From contig JASHUO010000152.1 of assembly GCA_030039975.1 (NCBI GenBank), positions 1 to 29,906 on the forward strand: a stretch of DNA of 29,906 nt. Reading direction: 5' to 3'. Source of the stretch: Alphaproteobacteria bacterium. Its GTDB lineage: Bacteria > Pseudomonadota > Alphaproteobacteria > ATCC43930 > CGMCC-115725. Shown piece by piece: positions 15,781-24,307 of this stretch; the stretch's first letter is position 1; the number at the start of each line of letters is the position of its first letter. The translations under genes and the position numbers were made by a program. The notes below the pieces were generated by a model. It saw only the letters and a program-made list of their open reading frames with translations, ran no database searches and was not told the DNA's origin.

Positions 15781-15826
15781 GGCGAGACCCTGTCCTTCGA
15801 GGACATAAAGAGGATACCGGCGGCAA

Positions 15827-16984
15827 TCAGGCCGCGGCGGCGCGTCGCACCTCGCCATAGGCCCAATCGAACCATGGCAGGAGCGCCTCGACATCGCTGC
15901 GCTCGACCGTCGAGCCGCACCAGATGCGCAGACCGGGCGGCGCGTCGCGGTGACCGGCGATGTCGAAGCCGGCGCCTTCGGCATCGACCAGCGCTTCGAG
16001 TCGCTTCACCGCGGCACGCTGCGCCTCCACCGGCAGGCGCTGGAACCAATCGTCCACCAGCTTGAGGCAGACCGAGGTCCAGGAGCGTATCGCCGGCTCC
16101 CGCGCCAGGAAATCGATCCAGGGCGTGCGCTCGACCCATTGGGCGATCACCGCGAGATTGCCCTTGGCGCGGGCGATGAGCGCCGGGCGGCCGCCGACCG
16201 ACTCGGCCCATTTGAGGCCGTCGATCGCATCTTCGATCGCGAGCAGCGACGGCGTGTTGATGGTCTCGCCCTTGAAGATGCCTTCGTTGAACTTCGCTTT
16301 GGACGTCAGCCGAAAGATCTTCGGCAGCGGCCAGGGCGGAGTGTAGGTCTCCAGCCGCTGGACCGCACGCGGGCTCAGCACGAGCATGCCATGCGCCGCC
16401 TCGCCGCCCAGCGCCTTCTGCCAGGACCAGGTGACGACATCGAGCTTGTCCCAGGGCAGCTCCATGGCGAAGGCGGCCGAGGTGGCATCGCAGAGCGTGA
16501 GGCCTTGCCGGTCGGGCTTGATCCAGTCGCCATTCGGGACACAGACGCCGGAGGTCGTGCCGTTCCAGGTGAAGACCACATCGCGGCCGCCATCGACCTT
16601 GCCGAGGTCGGGAAGGGCGCCATAGTCGGCGCGCATCAGGCGGAGATCGGTGATCTTCAGCTGCTTTGCCACATCGGTGGCCCAACCTTCCCCGAAGCTC
16701 TCCCACGCCAGCACGTCGACGCCGCGCGCACCCAGCAGCGACCACATCGCCATCTCGATCGCGCCGGTATCGGAGGCCGGCACGATACCGACGCGATAGT
16801 CGCGGGGAATGCCGAGCAGCGCGCGCGAGCGCTCGACGACCTCGTCGATCTTGGCTCGGCCGGGCTTTGCGCGATGCGAGCGGCCGAGCAGCGCGCCTTG
16901 CAGCGCGTCGAGGCTCCAGCCGGGGCGCTTGGCACAGGGTCCTGAGGAGAAATGAGGATTTTGGGGCCGAACGAGCGGCTTCAT
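15827..16984 (-). CDS. serC: Phosphoserine aminotransferase (alphaproteobacterial type)
   Basis: [40 protein letters not shown]-lysine FS-like motif WSWQK, TINTPS, GLRIWCG. Confidence 0.95.
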   Translation of the reverse strand: MKPLVRPQNPHFSSGPCAKRPGWSLDALQGALLGRSHRAKPGRAKIDEVVERSRALLGIPRDYRVGIVPASDTGAIEMAMWSLLGARGVDVLAWESFGEGWATDVAKQLKITDLRLMRADYGALPDLGKVDGGRDVVFTWNGTTSGVCVPNGDWIKPDRQGLTLCDATSAAFAMELPWDKLDVVTWSWQKALGGEAAHGMLVLSPRAVQRLETYTPPWPLPKIFRLTSKAKFNEGIFKGETINTPSLLAIEDAIDGLKWAESVGGRPALIARAKGNLAVIAQWVERTPWIDFLAREPAIRSWTSVCLKLVDDWFQRLPVEAQRAAVKRLEALVDAEGAGFDIAGHRDAPPGLRIWCGSTVERSDVEALLPWFDWAYGEVRRAAAA

Positions 16985-16988
16985 GGCG

Positions 16989-17036
16989 CTATTCCTTCCA
17001 GAATAGATGCGACCCGTTGGGGGGCCGTGTCCCGCC
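16989..17036 (-). ncRNA. SerC leader cis-regulatory RNA (Rfam serC leader type)
   Basis: 5'-GGCGGGACACGGCCCCCCAACGGGUCGCAUCUAUUCUGGAAGGAAUAG directly before the serC ATG. Hairpin 1 is CGGCCC/GGGUCG with a CCCAAC loop; hairpin 2 is CUAUUC/GAAUAG enclosing the AAGGA RBS. This fits the described alphaproteobacterial serC-serA leader whose last stem overlaps the RBS. Confidence 0.75.
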
Positions 17037-17040
17037 GCAG

Positions 17041-17069
17041 AACGTAAGGAGAATGCTGCGCCGCGTCAA
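17041..17069 (-). promoter_or_regulatory. Sigma70 promoter of serC-serA (TTGACG-N17-TACGTT)
   Basis: -35 at 17069-17064, -10 at 17046-17041; the predicted +1 near 17035 coincides with the 5' end of the SerC leader. Confidence 0.65.
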
Positions 17070-17197
17070 TCGCCGGCGCCGCGCGGCGCCGCGGCACCGC
17101 GCCGCGGTGCGCGTAAGGACAATATCGAAAACGGCCCAGAAATCGGTTATTTATAGTGGGCTAATGATAAGCGCCTTTATCGGGGGAGGAGCGAGAT

Positions 17198-18529
17198 ATG
17201 GTCAGTACGACATCGGACAGAATGCTTTCGGGCAGCGAGCACGCCGCCCAGCTGCGCAAGGCAGTGATCGCCGCCACGATCGGCACGACGATCGAATGGT
17301 ATGATTTCTTCATCTACGGCACCGCGGCGGGCCTGGTCTTCGGGAAGCTCTACTTTCCCCACGAGGCCCCCCTGGCCGCGACGCTCGCAGCGTTCGGGAC
17401 ATACTTCATCGGCTTCGTCGGCCGGCCGATCGGCGCCGCGATCTTCGGCCATTACGGCGACCGCATCGGGCGCAAGGCGACGCTGATCGCCACGCTGATG
17501 TGCATGGGCATTGCCACCTTCCTCATCGCCTTCGTGCCCACCTATGCCTCGATCGGCATCTGGGGCGCGATCCTGCTCACCATTCTGCGCGTGATCCAAG
17601 GCATCGGCGTTGGCGGCGAATGGGGCGGCTCGGTGCTGATTGCGATGGAATGGGCGCGCACGCATGGCAGCCGCGGCCTCGTCGCCTCCTGGCCGCAATT
17701 CGGCGTCCCCTCCGGGCTCTTCCTCTCCAACCTCGCGATCCTGGCGTTCAGTGCCTGGTCGGGCGATCAATTCGCCACCTGGGGCTGGCGCATCCCCTTC
17801 CTGCTGAGCATCGTCCTCGTCGGCATCGGGCTCTGGGTGCGACTCGGCATTCTCGAAACGCCGGTCTTCCAGAAGCTCGTCTCGGAGCAGAAGATCGAGC
17901 GCGCGCCGATCGTCGAGGTGATCGCCAAGCAGCCGCGCGAGATCCTGCTGTCGGCGCTGCTGCGCATGGCGGAGCAGGCGCCCTTCTACATCTTCACCGC
18001 CTTCATCTTCGCTTATGCCGTCGGCACGCTGAAGCTGTCGCGCGACCTTATCCTCGCGGCCGTGCTCGTCGCCTCGCTGGTCTCCTTCATCACCATCCCG
18101 CTTTCCGGCCATATCTCCGACCGGATCGGCCGGCGCAAGATGTATCTGATCGGCGCGGCGGTAATGGGCCTCTTCGGCTTCCTCTTTTTCGGCATGGTCG
18201 ACACGGCGATCCCCTCGGCGGTGTTCATCGCCATCGTCCTCTCGCTGATCCCGCATGACATGATGTACGGCCCGCAAGCGGCGCTGATCGCTGAAGCCTT
18301 CACGCCGCGCCTGCGCTACAGCGGCTCTTCGCTTGGATATCAGCTCGCTTCGATCATCGCCGGCGGTCCGGCGCCGATCATTGCCACGGCGCTGTTCGCC
18401 GCCTACGGTTCCGGCTACGCGGTCGCGATCTACATCGCCGCCTGCGCGGTGGTGAGCCTGGTGTCGGCAGCGTTTATGCCGGACTACACCGGCAAAGACA
18501 TCTCGACCGAGTACGACGCCGGCGCCTGA
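17198..18529 (+). CDS. MFS transporter, metabolite:H+ symporter (MHS; ShiA/ProP-like)
   Basis: IGTTIEWYDFFIYG, GRPIGAAIFGHYGDRIGRK, QGIGVGGEWGG, LETPVF, YSGSSLGYQ; GGAGGAG RBS. Confidence 0.94.
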   Translation: MVSTTSDRMLSGSEHAAQLRKAVIAATIGTTIEWYDFFIYGTAAGLVFGKLYFPHEAPLAATLAAFGTYFIGFVGRPIGAAIFGHYGDRIGRKATLIATLMCMGIATFLIAFVPTYASIGIWGAILLTILRVIQGIGVGGEWGGSVLIAMEWARTHGSRGLVASWPQFGVPSGLFLSNLAILAFSAWSGDQFATWGWRIPFLLSIVLVGIGLWVRLGILETPVFQKLVSEQKIERAPIVEVIAKQPREILLSALLRMAEQAPFYIFTAFIFAYAVGTLKLSRDLILAAVLVASLVSFITIPLSGHISDRIGRRKMYLIGAAVMGLFGFLFFGMVDTAIPSAVFIAIVLSLIPHDMMYGPQAALIAEAFTPRLRYSGSSLGYQLASIIAGGPAPIIATALFAAYGSGYAVAIYIAACAVVSLVSAAFMPDYTGKDISTEYDAGA

Positions 18530-18538
18530 CGCCATAAG

Positions 18539-18575
18539 GGATCCGTCTGCCGCCCGGTCGGAGGCAGGCGGATCC
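18539..18575. terminator. 13-bp stem-loop between the MHS transporter and DoxX (terminator or RNA-processing hairpin)
   Basis: GGATCCGTCTGCC / GGCAGGCGGATCC with one G-U pair and an 11-nt loop; no clear U tract. Confidence 0.35.
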
Positions 18576-18597
18576 TCTAGGTACTTTGGAGCGCTCG

Positions 18598-19002
18598 ATG
18601 ACCCAGTCCTTGAACCGGTGGATGCCGCACGCTTTGTCGCTGCTGCGGATCGTCGCCGCTTTGATCTTCCTCGAGCACGGCACGCAGAAGCTCCTGGGCT
18701 TCCCGCCTTCGCCCCACCCCGGACCGCTCCCCACGCTTCTCCTCGTCCAGGGCTGGATCGAGCTCGTCGGCGGCATCCTGCTCGTCATCGGCCTCTTCAC
18801 GCGCGCCGTCGCCTTCGTGCTCTCAGGGGATATGGCGGTCGCCTATTTCATGGCGCATGTGCCGAAGAGCCCCTTCCCCACGCTCAGTGGCGGCGATGCC
18901 GCGATCCTCTTCTGCTTCGTGTTCTTCTACTTGGTCTTTGCGGGGGGCGGCCCGGTGAGCGTCGATGCGCTCCGCGGTGAGAACGCCGCGCGGCAGCCCT
19001 GA
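18598..19002 (+). CDS. DoxX family membrane protein
   Basis: SLLRIVAALIFLEHGTQKLLGFP, IELVGGILLVIGLFTR, SGDMAVAYF; GGAG 6 nt before ATG 18598. Confidence 0.92.
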   Translation: MTQSLNRWMPHALSLLRIVAALIFLEHGTQKLLGFPPSPHPGPLPTLLLVQGWIELVGGILLVIGLFTRAVAFVLSGDMAVAYFMAHVPKSPFPTLSGGDAAILFCFVFFYLVFAGGGPVSVDALRGENAARQP

Positions 19003-19012
19003 GCTCCGAGGC

Positions 19013-19462
19013 TCAGCCCTCGCGCCGCTTCAGCAGATGCATCGACAGGAAGGTCAGCACCGCCTCGTCCTTCTGATTCTTGATGCGATAGGCGATGCGC
19101 AGGATGCCGCGATCGGGCTTCGAGCTCGACGGCTTCTTCTCCGTCACCTCGATCTCGGTGTGGAGGGTGTCGCCCGGCCGCACCGGCTTCAGCCAGCGCA
19201 GCTCGTCGAAGCCCGGCGAGCCCATGCTGGCCGCGCGGAAGACGCCGGTTTCGATCACCATGCGGAAACCCAAGGCGAGCGTCTGGAAGCCGCTGGCGAT
19301 CAGGCCGCCGTAATTGCTCTGCCGCGCCGCCTCGACATCGAGATGGAAAGGCTGCGGGTCGTAGCGCAGCGCGAAATCGATGATCATGCTCTGGGTCACT
19401 GTCACGCCTTGCGTGACGATTCGTTCGCCGATCGCGAAATCGTCGAAATAGCGGTCGGTCAT
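19013..19462 (-). CDS. MaoC-like hotdog-fold dehydratase (YdeM-like, 149 aa)
   Basis: YFDDFAIGE, hydratase motif YDPQPFHLD, GGLIASG, LRWLKPVRPGDTL; ATG 19462 is 7 nt after the upstream stop. Confidence 0.9.
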   Translation of the reverse strand: MTDRYFDDFAIGERIVTQGVTVTQSMIIDFALRYDPQPFHLDVEAARQSNYGGLIASGFQTLALGFRMVIETGVFRAASMGSPGFDELRWLKPVRPGDTLHTEIEVTEKKPSSSKPDRGILRIAYRIKNQKDEAVLTFLSMHLLKRREG

Positions 19463-19469
19463 CGGCGCG

Positions 19470-20534
19470 TCAGCCGAGCGCCGCAGCGATCGCCGAGCCC
19501 AGCTCCTGTGTCTTCGCCTTGCCGCCGAGATCCGGCGTCTTCGGCGCGGAGGGATCGGCGAGCGCTGCGGCAATCGCCTTTTCGATCGCACCGGCCGCTG
19601 CGGTCTCGCCGAGATGCGCCAGCATCATCGCTCCCGACCAGATCTGGCCGATCGGATTGGCGATGGCCTTGCCGTAGATATCCGGCGCCGAGCCATGGAC
19701 CGGCTCGAACATCGACGGGAATTCGCGTTCGGGGTTGATGTTGGCCGAGGGCGCGATGCCGATCGAGCCGACCACCGCCGGGCCAAGATCGCTGAGGATG
19801 TCCCCGAAGAGATTCGAGCCCACGACCACGTCGAACCAATGCGGGTTGCGCACGAAATGCGCCGTCAGGATGTCGATGTGGTACTGGTCGGTCTTGGCCG
19901 CCGGATATTCCTTGGCGATCGCCGCGAAGCGCTCGTCCCAATAGGGCATGGTGTGGATGATGCCGTTCGACTTGGTTGCCGAGGTCACGTGCTTCTTGCG
20001 CTTCATCGCGAGCTCGAAGGCAAAGCGCATGATGCGGTCGCAGCCCTGACGCGTGAACACCGTCTGCTGCATCGCCATCTCGAGCGGCGTGCCCACATAA
20101 AGGCGGCCGCCGATCTCGGAATACTCGCCCTCATTGTTCTCGCGCACGACGTAGAAATCGATCTCACCGGGCTTGCGGTTCTTGAGCGGCGAATCGACGC
20201 CGGCCAAAAGCCGGATCGGGCGCAGATTGACGTATTGCCGGAAGCCGCGGCGGATCGGGATCAGCAAGCCCCAGAGAGAGACGTGATCGGCAACGCCGGG
20301 ATAGCCCACGGCGCCGAGGAAGATGCCCTGCGTGCCCTTGATCTGCTCGAGCCCGTCCGCCGGCATCATCGTGCCGGTCTTGGTGTAGCGCTCGCAGCTC
20401 CAATCGTAGTGCCGCCATTTGAGCTCGAAGCCGAAGCGGCGCGCCGCCGCCTCGAGCACGCGCATTCCTTCCGGCACCACTTCCTTGCCGATTCCATCGC
20501 CGGGAATCACGGCGATCTCATAGGTCTTCGCCAC
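19470..20534 (-). CDS. dmlA: Tartrate dehydrogenase / D-malate dehydrogenase (decarboxylating), TtuC/DmlA family
   Basis: IPGDGIGKEVVPEG, DHVSLWGLL, VRENNEGEYS, ATKSNGI, SNLFGDILSDL, FEPVHGSAPDI; GTG start with a GGGAGGG RBS. Substrate preference not resolvable by eye. Confidence 0.88.
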   Translation of the reverse strand: MAKTYEIAVIPGDGIGKEVVPEGMRVLEAAARRFGFELKWRHYDWSCERYTKTGTMMPADGLEQIKGTQGIFLGAVGYPGVADHVSLWGLLIPIRRGFRQYVNLRPIRLLAGVDSPLKNRKPGEIDFYVVRENNEGEYSEIGGRLYVGTPLEMAMQQTVFTRQGCDRIMRFAFELAMKRKKHVTSATKSNGIIHTMPYWDERFAAIAKEYPAAKTDQYHIDILTAHFVRNPHWFDVVVGSNLFGDILSDLGPAVVGSIGIAPSANINPEREFPSMFEPVHGSAPDIYGKAIANPIGQIWSGAMMLAHLGETAAAGAIEKAIAAALADPSAPKTPDLGGKAKTQELGSAIAAALG

Positions 20535-20762
20535 GGGCGCATCCCTCCCTCGCTAAGCGCCCGGACGATAGCCGAGGGGCGATGGAGCGGCTAGGGCATG
20601 TCCCCGAGAGAGCGAAGCCAACGACTGGCGGCAGGTGTGCCGCAGCAGGCACCCGCCACGCATAGGGGCATCCGCCCCTGACGGGGCTCGCCGTCGCGCA
20701 AGCGCCTCAGGCCTGGGAAGACCAGACCTGAGGCAAAATGCTCGATCTCGTTTCTGCGGCGC

Positions 20763-21266
20763 TTACGCCGCGAGGCGCTCGCCCAATTCTTTCGCGACGA
20801 GGTGCCTCACAAGCCGGCGCGTCCGCTCGACGAAGGCGAGTTGCTCCGCCAGGCAGGTCTCGAGCAATACGCCCACGCCGAAGTGACCTGAGAGATCGGC
20901 CATCGCCGTGAGCGCCGCATATTCCGCGATGCGCAGATGGATCGCGGCCTTGGCCTTCGCCAAGATAAAGAGGTGCCTGGCGGCGGGTGCTTGGATCTCG
21001 GCGAGTTCCCTCTTGAAATCCTCGACGAACACGTCGTGAAGTCGATCATTGGGCTTCATCGGTTTTTCGCGGATGAGCTCGAAGCAGCGATCGAGGCTGC
21101 TGAGGATCTGGTCCTTGATGAAGATCCGCGATTCCAGCGCTTCCTTGACGTCCGGATCTTTGGCCACCTCGTTGATCATCCGAAAGATCTCTGTCGTGCG
21201 CTCCTCGCGCTGCCGCACATTGCTGAGCATCATCACGAAGAGTTCCTTGGGGTTCTGGATTGCCAT
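20763..21266 (-). CDS. Divergent DUF892 (YciE/YciF) ferritin-like protein (167 aa)
   Basis: Four-helix pattern aligns by eye with YciF (LFVMMLSNVRQREE ~ VFIHLLSDTYSAEK; AKAAIHLRIAEYAAL ~ AQKVEHYEIASYGTL); AGAGGG 5 nt before ATG 21266. Confidence 0.65.
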   Translation of the reverse strand: MAIQNPKELFVMMLSNVRQREERTTEIFRMINEVAKDPDVKEALESRIFIKDQILSSLDRCFELIREKPMKPNDRLHDVFVEDFKRELAEIQAPAARHLFILAKAKAAIHLRIAEYAALTAMADLSGHFGVGVLLETCLAEQLAFVERTRRLVRHLVAKELGERLAA

Positions 21267-21517
21267 GTAAGCCCTCTGCTGAACTGAGTGGACACCACGA
21301 GCGCCGTCGCACTCGCCGCGATACCCTGCGCCGGCGCACGGCAGCGTGCTATCGGGTGACAGCCCGAGCCCTCGCCGCTGAAATCGCCGACGCGATCCCT
21401 GTCGAAATGGGCGTTCGCGGCGAATTCTGTTCAACCGCGGGCGCAGGGAAGCGCTTAGAGAAAGCCGGAATATCCCCCTAGTCGACGCGAGCGGAGCCCC
21501 TGGGCTAGAACCCGGAG

Positions 21518-24280
21518 ATGGACGAGCCGCGGCCGACCACCCACAAGGATGCGCCTCTCCGCTACGACATACGGCTGCTCGGCCGTATCCTTGGCGACAC
21601 CGTGCGCGCCCAGGAAGGCGACCAGGTCTTCCACACCATCGAGCGCATCCGGCAGACCGCGCTGCGCTTCCATCGCGATGCCGAGGCGACGGCGCGGCAA
21701 GCGCTGCAAACGATCATCAGCGGCCTGCCGGACGATGAGGCCATCCGCATCATCCGCGCCTTCGGCTACTTCTCGCATTTGGCCAATATCGCCGAGGACC
21801 AGCACCATATCCGCCGGACGCGAGCCTATGCGATGGCCAGTGCCGCGCCGCGCGAAGGTACCATGGGATATGCGCTCGCGCGCGCGAGGGATGCGGGTAT
21901 TTCGCGCGAGGCGCTGCAGGCGTTCTTCAGCACTGCGCTGTGCAACCCGGTCTTGACCGCGCATCCCACCGAAATCCGCCGGCAAAGCTCGATCGATCGC
22001 GAGATGGAGATCGCCCGGCTGCTCGACGAGCGCGATCGAGTGCGGTTCACGCCCGAAGAGCTGAATGAGAACCGAACCGCGCTGCGCCGGGCGGTCCTCA
22101 CGTTGTGGCAGACGAGCATCCTGCGCGGAACGCGGCTGCGCATCCTCGACGAGGTGGCGAACGGCCTCGCCTATTATGATCACACGTTTTTTCACGAGCT
22201 GCCGCGCCTTTATGCCGATCTCGAAGACCAGCTGGAGACAATCTTGCCCGACTGGGCAGGGCTCGATGTGCCTTCATTCCTGCGCATCGGCAGCTGGATC
22301 GGCGGCGATCGTGACGGCAACCCGTTCGTCACGGCGGATGTGCTGAGCCAAGCCCTGCGCCTGCAGAGCGAACGCGTCTTCCGCTTCTATCTCGAGCAAA
22401 TTCACCAATTGGGCGGCGAACTCTCGCTCGACGGGCGGATGGTGCGGATTTCCGACGCGGTGCGTCGTTTGGCCGAGCGGTCTCCCGACCGATCGCCGCA
22501 ACGTCAGGATGAACCCTACCGGCGCGCCCTTGCTGGCATCTATGCTCGCCTCGCGGCAACGGCGCGCGCGCTCAGCGGCATCGAGCCGTCGCGGCCCGCC
22601 ATCGGCACGGCACCGGACTATGCCAGCGCTGGCGAGTTTCTCGACGATCTCGACGCTCTCGCGCACTCGCTGACCACCAACGGCTCGTCGACCCTGGCGC
22701 GGGGCCGGCTGCGTCGGTTGCGCCGCGGCGCCGGCGTCTTCGGCTTTCACCTCGCGCCGATCGACCTGCGCCAGAATTCGGACGTGCATGAGCGCGTCAT
22801 CGCCGAGCTTCTCGCCGTGGTCGGCGTGAGCGCGGATTACCGGACGCTCGACGAGGACGCCCGTGTCGCGCTGTTGCTCGCCGAGATCCGATCGCCCCGG
22901 CCGTTGAGTTCGCCGCATTTGTCCTATTCGGCGGAAACGGTGTCCGAGCTTGCCATCCTGCGCGCCGCGGCCGAGGGACAGCGGCGCTACGGCAGCCTGT
23001 CCGTTCCCCACTACGTCATTTCCAAGGCGAATGCCGTGTCCGATATCCTCGAAGTGGCCGTTCTGCTGAAGGAGGTGGGGCTGTTGCGGCCTCACGAGCC
23101 TGCGCTGGGGCTCGATATCGTGCCGCTCTTCGAGACCATCGGCGATCTTCAGCACTGTGGCACGGTGATGGAGGGGCTGTTCGCGCTGCTGGACTATCGG
23201 CGGCTTCTGGCGGCGCGCGGCAATGTGCAAGAGGTGATGCTGGGATATTCCGACAGCAACAAGGATGGCGGCTATCTGACCTCGACATGGGAGCTCTACA
23301 AGTCCGAGCGCGCGTTGATCGATACGTTTCGACGGCACAACATCCGGCTGCGCCTCTTCCATGGCCGCGGCGGCTCGGTCGGCCGCGGCGGTGGGCCGAG
23401 CTACCAGGCGATTCTGGCGCAGCCCGCCGGCGCGCTGCAGGGCGCGATCCGCGTCACCGAGCAGGGCGAAGTGATCGCCGCCAAATATTCCAACCCCGAA
23501 GTCGGTCGACGCAATCTGGAGACGCTGGCCGCGGCAACGCTCGAGGCGACGCTGCTCGATGCGCACCAGGCCGATCCTCCGGCGGAATACCTCAAGGCGA
23601 TGGATGAGCTCTCGGACCATGCCTACCGCGCCTATCGCGGCCTGGTCTATGAGACGGACGGCTTCGACCGCTATTTCCGCGAATCGACCGTCATCGGCGA
23701 GATTGCCAATCTCAATATCGGCAGCCGGCCGGCCTCGCGCACCGGCTCCGGGCGCATCGAGGATCTGCGGGCGATTCCCTGGGTCTTCAGCTGGTCGCAA
23801 TGCCGGGTGATGCTGCCGGGCTGGTACGGCGTCGGGACCGCGGTGAAGAACTGGCTGAGCGCGCAGCCGCAAGGCGGCATCGACATGCTGCGGGCGATGT
23901 ACCGCGATTGGCCGTTTTTCACCACCGCGCTATCGAACATGGACATGGTACTGGCGAAGAGCGACATCGCGATCGCGTCGCGCTATGCCGAGCTGGTCCC
24001 GGATCCGGCCCTGCGCGACGCCATCTTCACCCGCCTGCGCGCCGAGTGGAACGACAGCGTGCGCGCGCTCCTGGCGATCACCGAGCAAGAGACGCTGCTC
24101 GAGCGCAACCCCTTGCTCGCGCGTTCCATCCGCAACCGCTTTCCCTATATCGACCCGCTTCACCATATTCAGATCGAGCTGCTGCAGCGCCATCGCGCCG
24201 GCACGAGGGATGACGGGGTCGTGCACGGCATCCACCTCACGATCAACGGCATCGCCGCGGGTCTGCGCAACAGCGGTTGA
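21518..24280 (+). CDS. ppc: Phosphoenolpyruvate carboxylase
   Basis: [64 protein letters not shown]-terminal GLRNSG. Confidence 0.98.
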   Translation: MDEPRPTTHKDAPLRYDIRLLGRILGDTVRAQEGDQVFHTIERIRQTALRFHRDAEATARQALQTIISGLPDDEAIRIIRAFGYFSHLANIAEDQHHIRRTRAYAMASAAPREGTMGYALARARDAGISREALQAFFSTALCNPVLTAHPTEIRRQSSIDREMEIARLLDERDRVRFTPEELNENRTALRRAVLTLWQTSILRGTRLRILDEVANGLAYYDHTFFHELPRLYADLEDQLETILPDWAGLDVPSFLRIGSWIGGDRDGNPFVTADVLSQALRLQSERVFRFYLEQIHQLGGELSLDGRMVRISDAVRRLAERSPDRSPQRQDEPYRRALAGIYARLAATARALSGIEPSRPAIGTAPDYASAGEFLDDLDALAHSLTTNGSSTLARGRLRRLRRGAGVFGFHLAPIDLRQNSDVHERVIAELLAVVGVSADYRTLDEDARVALLLAEIRSPRPLSSPHLSYSAETVSELAILRAAAEGQRRYGSLSVPHYVISKANAVSDILEVAVLLKEVGLLRPHEPALGLDIVPLFETIGDLQHCGTVMEGLFALLDYRRLLAARGNVQEVMLGYSDSNKDGGYLTSTWELYKSERALIDTFRRHNIRLRLFHGRGGSVGRGGGPSYQAILAQPAGALQGAIRVTEQGEVIAAKYSNPEVGRRNLETLAAATLEATLLDAHQADPPAEYLKAMDELSDHAYRAYRGLVYETDGFDRYFRESTVIGEIANLNIGSRPASRTGSGRIEDLRAIPWVFSWSQCRVMLPGWYGVGTAVKNWLSAQPQGGIDMLRAMYRDWPFFTTALSNMDMVLAKSDIAIASRYAELVPDPALRDAIFTRLRAEWNDSVRALLAITEQETLLERNPLLARSIRNRFPYIDPLHHIQIELLQRHRAGTRDDGVVHGIHLTINGIAAGLRNSG

Positions 24281-24307
24281 ACTCCACCGCTGCGGCGATG
24301 GGAGGAC

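Noticed and set aside
9477-16984. Functional link between the ParB/Srx domain (SerK serine kinases share the fold) and the nearby serC/serA/cysE genes
   Set aside because: The domain is predicted to be exported and lacks SerK-specific features I can recognise; the neighbours are core housekeeping genes, so proximity is probably incidental.
20714-20731. GGGAAG...AGACCTG resembling the 3' part of a cobalamin riboswitch; GAGAG/CTCAGG resembling a glycine riboswitch
   Set aside because: The remaining conserved cores are absent, and no appropriately oriented downstream gene exists on that strand.
21324-21448. 9-bp long-range inverted repeat CCCTGCGCC/GGCGCAGGG enclosing small hairpins upstream of the DUF892 gene
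   Set aside because: Plausible by chance at this GC content; no supporting motif.
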